From positions 1 to 44,995 of the forward strand of contig VGRB01000002.1 in NCBI GenBank assembly GCA_016875475.1: a stretch of DNA of 44,995 bases. The letters run 5' to 3'. The position numbers and the translations under genes were made by a program. The notes under the pieces are model-generated. The model saw only the letters and a program-made list of their open reading frames with translations, was not told where the DNA came from and searched no databases. Positions 19,192 through 27,210 of this stretch are shown here, one piece after another (the stretch's first letter is position 1; every line of letters begins with the position of its first letter). The DNA comes from Deltaproteobacteria bacterium (lineage in GTDB: Bacteria > Myxococcota_A > UBA9042 > DTJE01).

Positions 19192-21783
19192 CTACACGCA
19201 GACGCCCTGGCAGTCCTGGGAGCAGCCCTCGGGGGAGCACATCGTGGGGCAGGCGATCATGCACTTCTGGCCGGCCGCGCACTCGGCGTCGCCCTTGCAG
19301 CCTTCGGACGGCACGGGGACGCACTCGAAGGCGACCACGCAGGACATCATGCAGGCGGGCTCGGCATAGACGCACGGGGGGCACTCGAACTTCTCGACGC
19401 AGACCTGGCCGGCCGGGCAGGCGACGCCGTCGCCGCAGGTCGCGGCCCTGGGCACGCACTGGCCGTAGCACTCGGCATCGACGCACGGCGGAGCGGGCAT
19501 GAACCCGGCGCCGGACGGGTCGGTCGGGGTGGCGCCGCCGCCGCACGGCGGGCAGAGCTTCTCGCACGCCCAGCCCTCGCCGCAGTCCGCGTCCGAGGAG
19601 CAGCCCTGCTGCTTCGGCACGCACTGGCCGAGGCACTCCTCCTTGCAGCCGCCGTTCGGGTCGCACACGCCCGTGCAGAAGACCTGGCAGACCTCGCCGG
19701 CCGCGCACGCGGTGTCGTCCATGCAGCCGCTCTGGGCGTCCGGGGTGCAGAGCCCGAGGTAGCCTTCGTTGCAGGGAAGGCACGCGGGCTTGGCGGCGCC
19801 GTCCGCGCGCGCGCCGCACTCCATCGTGCAGAACACCAGTTCGCAGTGGAAACCGGGGCCGCACTCGACGTCGGCGTTGCACCGGACCGGCTGGGTCGTC
19901 GGGATGCACTGGCCGAAGCAGCCGCCCATGCAGTCGGCGCCAGGGGCGCAATCGACGCACATCATCCGGCACTCGAACCCGGCCGGGCAGGGCTGGTCCG
20001 GGCCGCAGCCGGACTGCTTCGGGACGCACTCGCCGAAGCAGGCCTCGGTGCACCCGCCGCCCGCGGAGCAGCCGCCCATGCACTGGATCCGGCACTCCAT
20101 GCCCGGGTCGCACTGGGAGTCGTCGTAGCACCCCTCGACCGGCTTCGGGACGCACTCGCCGAGCCACCCGTCGTTGCACGGCGGCATCGGCCCGCACCCG
20201 CCCTTGCGGTCGGGGAAGCACATGTCGGAGTCGTACTGCGCGCAGTAGACCGGCTCGCACACGTAGCCGGCCGGGCAGTCGGTGCCGGCGTTGCACTTGC
20301 CGGGCACGATCACGTCCACGCACTGGCCGAAGCACTGGCCGGTGCACTCGGGCGCCCGGAAGGCCGGGTCCGCGCGGTCGGACGCGCCGCCGTGCGGGGT
20401 CGGGCACGCCTCGGTGCAGAGCCACTCGCAGCGCTGCCCCTTGCCGCAGTCCATGTCGGACGAGCAGCCCTTCTGGATCGGCACGCACTGGCCGAAGCAC
20501 TCCTCGAAGCAGCCGCCCATCGGCTCGCAGGCGCCCATGCAGACCGTCTCACACCGGTGGTCGGGGGGGCAGTCGGCGTCGGCGAGGCAGCCGTTGATGG
20601 GGTCGGTCACGCACTGGCCGATCCAGCCGTCGTTGCAGGGCAGGCAGCCGCCCTTGCCGTCCGGCCGGCACATCATGTCGCAGTAGACCGGCTCGCAGTG
20701 CTGGCCGGGGAGGCAGTCGCCGTCCGCGTTGCAGCCCTTCGGGGGCGGCGGGATCGGGACGCACTGGACCATGCACTCGCCGCACGGCGGGGCGATCTGC
20801 TCGGGGACCGCGGGGTCGGCCATGGCGCCCGCGGCCTTGTCGGCGGCCTCGCCGGCGCACGCCGAGCAGAGGACCTGGCACTCGGTCCCGGCCGGACACT
20901 TCACGACGTCGCAGGACGGCTCCGCGGGCACGCACTCGCCCCTGCACTCCTGCTTGCACGCCACGTCCGTCGCGCCTTCCGGCGCGAACGCGTCGCACCA
21001 GCCCATGCAGAACTGCTGGCAGCGCTTGCCGGGCCCGCAGTCCGCGTCGGACTTGCAGCCGTCCTTCGGCGCGGGCACGCACTGGCCCATCCTGCCGCCG
21101 TTGCAGGGCAGGCAGCCGCCGATGCCGTCGGGGGCGCACATCGCCGGGCACATGACCGGCTCGCAGACGAAGCCCTCGCCGCACTCCTTGTCGTAGTCGC
21201 AGCCCGGCGGGTCCGCCACGCACCGGCCGATGCACTCGCCGCCGAGGCACTTCGGGGGCGGCTCGTAGGCGGGCGCGCCGGCGGCGCGGTCGGAGCCGGC
21301 CTCGGCGGGCATCGTCGGGTCCGCGCACTTCGCGCACGCGACCTCGCAGTGGAAGCCCTTGCCGCACTCCGCATCCGACGTGCAGTCCGTCTTCGCGGGC
21401 ACGCACACGGCCTCGCACGCCACGTCGATGCACTTGTTCGTCGAGACGTCGCAGAGCCCGGTGCACAGCTCGAGGCACTCCTCGCCGGCCGCGCACTTGA
21501 CCGCGTCGCAGCCGGTCGGGGGCTTCGGCAGGCACTGGCCCGCGTGGCCGGCGTTGCACGGCAGGCACTTGCCGTTCGGGTCGGGCATGCACCTGTCCGC
21601 GCAGTAGACCGCGGAGCACTGGAAGTCGGAGCCGCAGTCCGTGTCCGAGTCGCAGTACTTCAGCTCGAACGTCCGGAGGCCGGGCTTCTCCTCGCCCCCT
21701 CCGCCCTCCGTCCCGCACGCCGCGAGACCGAGGGCGCCCGCACAGAGACACGCCGTCAGGAACTTCGTTGCCGTCGTCTTCAT
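19192..21783 (-). CDS. 863-aa cysteine-rich repeat lipoprotein (17 eight-Cys modules)
   Basis: ATG (cat 21781-21783) with GGAGAGGAGGGG upstream. Lipobox LGLAAC-G. Uninterrupted ORF with GC3-rich codons and regular Cys spacing throughout. Confidence 0.8.
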   Translation of the reverse strand: MKTTATKFLTACLCAGALGLAACGTEGGGGEEKPGLRTFELKYCDSDTDCGSDFQCSAVYCADRCMPDPNGKCLPCNAGHAGQCLPKPPTGCDAVKCAAGEECLELCTGLCDVSTNKCIDVACEAVCVPAKTDCTSDAECGKGFHCEVACAKCADPTMPAEAGSDRAAGAPAYEPPPKCLGGECIGRCVADPPGCDYDKECGEGFVCEPVMCPAMCAPDGIGGCLPCNGGRMGQCVPAPKDGCKSDADCGPGKRCQQFCMGWCDAFAPEGATDVACKQECRGECVPAEPSCDVVKCPAGTECQVLCSACAGEAADKAAGAMADPAVPEQIAPPCGECMVQCVPIPPPPKGCNADGDCLPGQHCEPVYCDMMCRPDGKGGCLPCNDGWIGQCVTDPINGCLADADCPPDHRCETVCMGACEPMGGCFEECFGQCVPIQKGCSSDMDCGKGQRCEWLCTEACPTPHGGASDRADPAFRAPECTGQCFGQCVDVIVPGKCNAGTDCPAGYVCEPVYCAQYDSDMCFPDRKGGCGPMPPCNDGWLGECVPKPVEGCYDDSQCDPGMECRIQCMGGCSAGGGCTEACFGECVPKQSGCGPDQPCPAGFECRMMCVDCAPGADCMGGCFGQCIPTTQPVRCNADVECGPGFHCELVFCTMECGARADGAAKPACLPCNEGYLGLCTPDAQSGCMDDTACAAGEVCQVFCTGVCDPNGGCKEECLGQCVPKQQGCSSDADCGEGWACEKLCPPCGGGATPTDPSGAGFMPAPPCVDAECYGQCVPRAATCGDGVACPAGQVCVEKFECPPCVYAEPACMMSCVVAFECVPVPSEGCKGDAECAAGQKCMIACPTMCSPEGCSQDCQGVCV

Positions 21784-21835
21784 CGTCCCCTCCTCTCCAA
21801 TCCGCCCGGACATCCCCGGACTGCCTTCTTCCGTT

Positions 21836-21851
21836 TGCACGGATGATGCCA
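21836..21851 (-). promoter_or_regulatory. candidate sigma54 -24/-12 promoter for the Cys-rich lipoprotein gene
   Basis: Minus strand reads TGGCAT-CATCC-GTGCA, with GG and GC at consensus spacing. It lies about 50 nt upstream of the start codon. Confidence 0.4.
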
Positions 21852-21940
21852 GCCGGATCCTACCGGGGTTTCGCGGAGTTGTACAAACCCACCGCAACGC
21901 CGGAACCCTGGCCCATGACATGCTTGTCGCGCCCGCTCCG

Positions 21941-21968
21941 TTGACGACCGCCCGGGAGCGGTTACAAT
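21941..21968 (+). promoter_or_regulatory. candidate sigma70-type promoter for gap
   Basis: TTGACG (21941-21946), 16-nt spacer, TACAAT (21963-21968). GAGGAG sits before ATG 22015. Confidence 0.4.
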
Positions 21969-22014
21969 CCCGAGCGACCTTGCAGACGACGGCAACAACA
22001 TCGAGGAGCGGAGC

Positions 22015-23064
22015 ATGGCCAGGGAGTTGAGGATCGGGATCAACGGGTTCGGGCGCATCGGGCGCCTGGTCGCGCGCGCGGCGATCGCGCGGGGGCACAA
22101 GGTCCTGGCGCTGAACGACCTGGTCGACCCGAAGGACTTCGCCAAGGGAGTGATGTTCAACGCGAAGCTGTTCCAGTGGGACTCGACGCACGGGCGGTGG
22201 CCGGGGAAGGTCGAGGCGACGGACACGCAGATCGTGGTGGACGGCCAGGGCATCGACGTGCACTCGGCCAGGTCGCCCGCCGAGATCCCGTGGGACCGGT
22301 ACGACCTCGACTTCGTCGTCGAGTCCACGGGCGTGTTCCGCAAGCGCGAGCAGATCGAGGAGCACCTGAAGCGCAACGTGAAGAAGGCGCTGCTGACCGT
22401 GCCGCCGAAGGACTCGGTCGACGCGCTGATCGTGCTCGGCGTGAACGACGCGGCCCTGAAGGCCGAGCACCGGCTGATCTCGAACGCCTCGTGCACCACC
22501 AACTGCCTCGCGCCCGTCGTGAAGGTGCTCCACGAGGCGTTCGGCGTGGTGCGCGGCATGATGACGACCGTGCACGCCTACACGAACGACCAGCGCATCC
22601 TGGACCAGATCCACAAGGAGGACCTCCGGCGCGCCCGCAGCGCCGCGGTCAACCTGATCCCGACCAGCACCGGCGCCGCGAAGACGATCGGCAAGATCAT
22701 CCCGGAGCTGGAAGGACGGCTGGACGGCATCTCGATCCGCGCGCCCGTGCAGGACGGGTCCATCGTCGACTTCGTGTGCGAGCTGGAGCGCATCCAGGTC
22801 CGCGACCCGAAGGAGATGAAGAAGGAGATCAACGCGGCGATGAAGGCCGCGGCCGAGGGCGCGCTCGAGGGCATCCTCGAGTACTCCGAGGACGAGCTGG
22901 TCTCGACCGACATCATCCACAACCCCCACTCGTCGATCTTCGATTCCAGGCAGACCATGGTGATGCCGAACAGCCGCATGGTGAAGGTCCTGGCCTGGTA
23001 CGACAACGAGTGGGGCTACTCGAGCCGCTGCGTGGACCTGATGGAGCGTGCCGCGGCGCTGTAG
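22015..23064 (+). CDS. gap: type I glyceraldehyde-3-phosphate dehydrogenase
   Basis: 349 aa. INGFGRIGR, active site SNASCTTNCLAP, and WYDNEWGYS. Confidence 0.95.
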   Translation: MARELRIGINGFGRIGRLVARAAIARGHKVLALNDLVDPKDFAKGVMFNAKLFQWDSTHGRWPGKVEATDTQIVVDGQGIDVHSARSPAEIPWDRYDLDFVVESTGVFRKREQIEEHLKRNVKKALLTVPPKDSVDALIVLGVNDAALKAEHRLISNASCTTNCLAPVVKVLHEAFGVVRGMMTTVHAYTNDQRILDQIHKEDLRRARSAAVNLIPTSTGAAKTIGKIIPELEGRLDGISIRAPVQDGSIVDFVCELERIQVRDPKEMKKEINAAMKAAAEGALEGILEYSEDELVSTDIIHNPHSSIFDSRQTMVMPNSRMVKVLAWYDNEWGYSSRCVDLMERAAAL

Positions 23065-23075
23065 GCGGGGCGACC

Positions 23076-24587
23076 TCACCCCCCGAACGCGAACAGCACC
23101 GCCCCCTCCCCTGCCCCCGCCACGCCGTCGCGCAGCATCGCGGGCAGCGCCGCGCGCACGGACGCGTGGATCGGCCGGCCGGGCCGCAGCGAGGGCGAGT
23201 CGGGCCGCCCGCCGTCCGCGTCCGACGTGACCACGCCGCCGTCCGGGTACAGCCGCGCGTCGCGGGCGAGCAGGCGGGCCGCGGAGCCGTCCAGGAACGG
23301 GTGGACGGCGGGCAGGGCGACCGCGAGCACGCGGCGCGCGAGGTCGAGCGACGGCCCGCAGTCGAAGCGGCACGGGACGTGCGGCACCAGGGTCACGGGC
23401 GAGAGCGGGTCGAGGCAGTCCAGCTCCCAGCGAAACGCGCGCGATCGGGCGTGCGCGGCGCGCAGCAGGTCGGCCGTGGTCGCGAGGCGGCCGGCCTCGA
23501 CGAACGCCTCGACGCAGCAGTCCGGGTATCCGAGCGCCCGGCCGATGCGCCGGGCGAACTCGTCCGGCTGCATGGCCCCGGACCCGCGGCCCGCGGCGAA
23601 CGCGCGCTCGACGCCGGCCGCCTCGCGGACCGCGACGGGGTCGCGCGAGAGGAAGACGTGGGCGGCCGAGGGCGCGCCGGTCGCGCCGGGGTCGAGGTCC
23701 GGGGGCGCCTCCTCGGGGGGGATCACCTCCGCGTGGAGCCCGAGACGCCGGATCAGGTCGGCCTGCCTCTCCGCCCGCCCCGCGGGGACCACGACGCGGC
23801 CGCAAGGCCGGACCCCGGTCGCGACCGCGGCCAGGTGGACGCGCCCGGACAGCCGGGTCGGGAGGTGGACACGGGCGAGCAGGCCTTCCGGGGACCGCTC
23901 GACCTCCGCCGCCTCGCCCGTCCCGAACGCGCGTATCGTCTCCCGCCGCGCCTCGCCCCGGCCGCCGGCATGCCGGAACGCGGCGAGCGGCACGCCGTCG
24001 CAGGCAAGGAGCAGCGAGCAGCGGTCGCACGGGGCGAAGTAGGCTCGCCCCGGGTCCTCGGTCGGCAGGTCGAGGGCGGGCCCTGGGCCGGACGCGGTCC
24101 ACGCGTTCGACACGACGCGGTCGGGCGACAGGCCCGGGACGAGGCAGAGCGGCGCGCCGCGGACGGCCGCGAGCCGGAAGCCGGAAGGGACGGCGCGCGC
24201 GGCGGGCAGGACGACCTCGTCCGCGGCGCACGGGTTCCCGGTGCCGGACGATGCCACGGCGACGTGCCTCAGGCGGCCCTCGGTGCGCAACGCCGCGATC
24301 GCGCCCCAGTCGCCGTCGCCGGGCAGCGCCGCCTCGACCTCGTCGAGTCCCGCCTCGACGGCGCGGAGCAGCGGCGCCTCGCGGAGGTCGGCCGCGGGCG
24401 CGCGCAGGCGGATGCGCGCGAAGCCGGCGGCCCGGGCGGCGCGGATCACGGCAATCGGAGGATCCGCGGCCGCGCCCGGCCACGCGAGGACCAGCCGGTG
24501 CCTCCGGTCCCGGGGCACCCGCGCGACGACCGCGGCGGGGTCGCCCGGCGGGACCACGTCGAGCACGGTGTCGAGCCGCGGCGCCAT
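23076..24587 (-). CDS. hypothetical protein with a C-terminal GYPDCC ... PHVPCRFDC cysteine motif
   Basis: 503 aa from ATG (cat 24585-24587), overlapping the upstream stop (TGATG). The C-terminal LGYPDCCVEAF...LVPHVPCRFDCGPS resembles what I recall of DUF483-type proteins (unverified). Confidence 0.55.
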   Translation of the reverse strand: MAPRLDTVLDVVPPGDPAAVVARVPRDRRHRLVLAWPGAAADPPIAVIRAARAAGFARIRLRAPAADLREAPLLRAVEAGLDEVEAALPGDGDWGAIAALRTEGRLRHVAVASSGTGNPCAADEVVLPAARAVPSGFRLAAVRGAPLCLVPGLSPDRVVSNAWTASGPGPALDLPTEDPGRAYFAPCDRCSLLLACDGVPLAAFRHAGGRGEARRETIRAFGTGEAAEVERSPEGLLARVHLPTRLSGRVHLAAVATGVRPCGRVVVPAGRAERQADLIRRLGLHAEVIPPEEAPPDLDPGATGAPSAAHVFLSRDPVAVREAAGVERAFAAGRGSGAMQPDEFARRIGRALGYPDCCVEAFVEAGRLATTADLLRAAHARSRAFRWELDCLDPLSPVTLVPHVPCRFDCGPSLDLARRVLAVALPAVHPFLDGSAARLLARDARLYPDGGVVTSDADGGRPDSPSLRPGRPIHASVRAALPAMLRDGVAGAGEGAVLFAFGG

Positions 24588-25582
24588 CAGTTCATCTCGG
24601 CCTCGGCCGCCTTGGCCGCCCGCATGCGCTCCAGCTCCTCCTGGATCGCCCACGCCTGGGCCTTGAGCGCCGCCCTGCCCTTCTTGCGGCGGTACGCCCA
24701 CAGGAACAGCCCGGTGATCAGGATCCAGAGGAACGCGGTCCCGGTCAGGAGCACGATCCACGACGACCACGGGTCGATGGTGCGCTCGAAGGCGCGCCAG
24801 CGGGATTCGACCGACCCGCCGAACACGTCCGCGAACGCGAGGTCGAACGGCATGCCGTTGCGCACCTGACGGACCAGATCGCGGATGCCGTCGATGCCGT
24901 GGCTCTTGTGCAGGAAGCGCAGGAACATCATGGACTCGGCGTACGCGAGGTGCACCGCCGGGGGGGCCGCGGGGAAGCCGTCCGAGAGCGCCTCGGGGCC
25001 GAGGAACGAGCCGGTCGCGGCCGCGTTCATCAGCGTCTTCAGGCGCTCGCCGAGGTCCTCGGAGGCGACGAGCATCGCGAACCCCTCGTGGAACCAGCGC
25101 GGCACGCGGCGGCCGTTCAGCGCGGTGTCGAGATAGAGGTGCGCCAGCTCGTGCACGAACACGTCGGACGAGTGGAAGACCTCGTTCCCGCGGGCGGACA
25201 TGACCACGAGGTCGCGGTCCGACATCGCGAGCCCCGCGACCCACTCGCGCACCGGCCGGCCCGCGCCCGCCATCTCCTCCATACGCTCGTCGGTGCTCGC
25301 GATCCGGACCTCGATCACGCGGTCGTCCGGCACGCCGAGGTAGCCCAGGACGAAGCGGCGCTTGTCTTCCGCGATCCCGGCGAGGCGCTCGGCGAGGCCG
25401 GAGGCGCCGTCGTCGGGGACGAAGCGGAAGTGCGGGGTGGCGATGGGGGGGGAGGCGGCGAGGGCCGGGGGGGGGAGGAGAGACAGGAACAGGGACGGGA
25501 GCAGGGGCAGGGGCAGGGACAGGCGGGTACGGACACGGGCACGGGCACGGGGACCGGGGATGGGGTGCGCGGGGTAGATCAT
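24587..25582 (-). CDS. peptidase MA-like zinc metalloprotease with N-terminal signal peptide and C-terminal TM anchor
   Basis: 331 aa. HELAHLY zinc motif followed by WFHEGFA. C-terminal helix WIVLLTGTAFLWILITGLFLWAY. The ATG overlaps the TonB-like stop (ATGA). Confidence 0.7.
   Translation of the reverse strand: MIYPAHPIPGPRARARVRTRLSLPLPLLPSLFLSLLPPPALAASPPIATPHFRFVPDDGASGLAERLAGIAEDKRRFVLGYLGVPDDRVIEVRIASTDERMEEMAGAGRPVREWVAGLAMSDRDLVVMSARGNEVFHSSDVFVHELAHLYLDTALNGRRVPRWFHEGFAMLVASEDLGERLKTLMNAAATGSFLGPEALSDGFPAAPPAVHLAYAESMMFLRFLHKSHGIDGIRDLVRQVRNGMPFDLAFADVFGGSVESRWRAFERTIDPWSSWIVLLTGTAFLWILITGLFLWAYRRKKGRAALKAQAWAIQEELERMRAAKAAEAEMN
25445..25574 (+). repeat. G-tract / hexamer array (G-rich on plus strand) lying inside the 5' coding end of the minus-strand peptidase gene
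   Basis: gggggggg...ggggcaggggcagggacaggcgggtacggacacgggcacgggcacggggaccggggatgggg. On the minus strand it is translated as PGPRARARVRTRLSLPLPLLPSLFLSLLPPP. Confidence 0.75.
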
Positions 25583-26631
25583 TCGGGCCGCTGCCAGAAC
25601 ATGTTGAATCTCGACGACGAGACCTCCAGCAGGAACCCGAAGTGGAACGCGATCCGGCCGCTGTCGTCCGCGAGCCCGATCGGCGGGTTCGGGAAGGGGC
25701 CGGCCTCGCGGAATGCCCGCATGGCCTCCTGGTCCAGGAACGGCAGGCCCGACTGCTTCGCGACGTCGAGCCGCGAGACGCGCCCGTCGGCGTCCAGCAC
25801 CACGTTCAACACGGTCAGGCGGTCCCGGCTGCCGTAGACCTTCCCGTACGGGTCGCGGGCGCGGTACATGTCGCCCGGGTTCCACTCGTCGCGCACGCGC
25901 TCCTTCACGCGCTGGAAGAAGTCGAAGTACTTGAAGCTGCGGGAGTTCACGAGCGTCGTGTCGCCTTCGTCCGGCACCCCGAGCATCGCGTCGTCGGACA
26001 CGTACCCGCCGGCCAACCCCTTCATGTTGCGGGCCGCGGCCCGGCCGCCGCCGTCGACGGTCGGCAGGAGCAGCCTGTCCATGCCGCCCATGCCGCGCAG
26101 GGTCGGCTCGCCGCCCTCCCCCGGCTGGCCCGCGGTCCGCCCGCGCTCCGGCAGGCGCACGCCCGCGCCCTCCCTGGCGTCCCCGGCCGGCTTCCGCGCG
26201 ACCTGCTTCCCGGGCGCCGCGGGTCTCGGGGCCTCGGCCGGCTCCGGCGCGGGCGCCGGGGCGGGCGCGGGCGCGGCGGCAGGGCGCTTGCGACCCCGGT
26301 CCCGCGCCTTGACCTCGCGATCCACGGCCGTGTTCCAGCGGCTCAGGAAGCGGGCGTCCGGCGGGGGAAGGCGCTCCACGTCCGGCTTCGGGATGTCGAC
26401 CACCTGCCCGTCCAGGTCGGGCTTCCTCGGCGTCCCGGACGCGAGGCCCGCCGCGGGCTTGTCCCTGACAGAGAACGTCACCCAATCCTTTGCGGGGGGC
26501 GGGGCGTCGCTCCGCCGCTCCCCCCAGCCGAGGACCACCAGCAGGATCGCGACGGCCGCGTGCGCGCCCACGGACACGGCGACGCCGATGCCGTCGCGCT
26601 GGCCGTTCGTGAAATCCCACCGGTGCATCAC
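25579..26631 (-). CDS. TonB-like energy transducer (N-terminal TM, Pro/Ala-rich spacer, TonB_C domain)
   Basis: 350 aa. TM segment GIGVAVSVGAHAAVAILLVVLGW, spacer PAAAPAPAPAPAPEPAEAP, and C-terminal ...LTVLNVVLDADGRVSRLDVAKQSGLPFLDQEAMRAFREAGPFPNPP. Confidence 0.75.
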   Translation of the reverse strand: MMHRWDFTNGQRDGIGVAVSVGAHAAVAILLVVLGWGERRSDAPPPAKDWVTFSVRDKPAAGLASGTPRKPDLDGQVVDIPKPDVERLPPPDARFLSRWNTAVDREVKARDRGRKRPAAAPAPAPAPAPEPAEAPRPAAPGKQVARKPAGDAREGAGVRLPERGRTAGQPGEGGEPTLRGMGGMDRLLLPTVDGGGRAAARNMKGLAGGYVSDDAMLGVPDEGDTTLVNSRSFKYFDFFQRVKERVRDEWNPGDMYRARDPYGKVYGSRDRLTVLNVVLDADGRVSRLDVAKQSGLPFLDQEAMRAFREAGPFPNPPIGLADDSGRIAFHFGFLLEVSSSRFNMFWQRPE

Positions 26632-26661
26632 GGAACCCCGGCGAGCCCGAGGGGGCCCGCC

Positions 26662-27084
<423 letters not shown>

Positions 27085-27210
27085 GCCGCAATCCTCCGAA
27101 TCCCGGGACCCTGCCGATACTATCGTTCCCGACGGCTCCCGGGTCAAGGAACGCCGGGGCCCGAATCCCTGTACAATGAGCCCGGCCCCGGCCTTCCACG
27201 GAGAGCAGTA

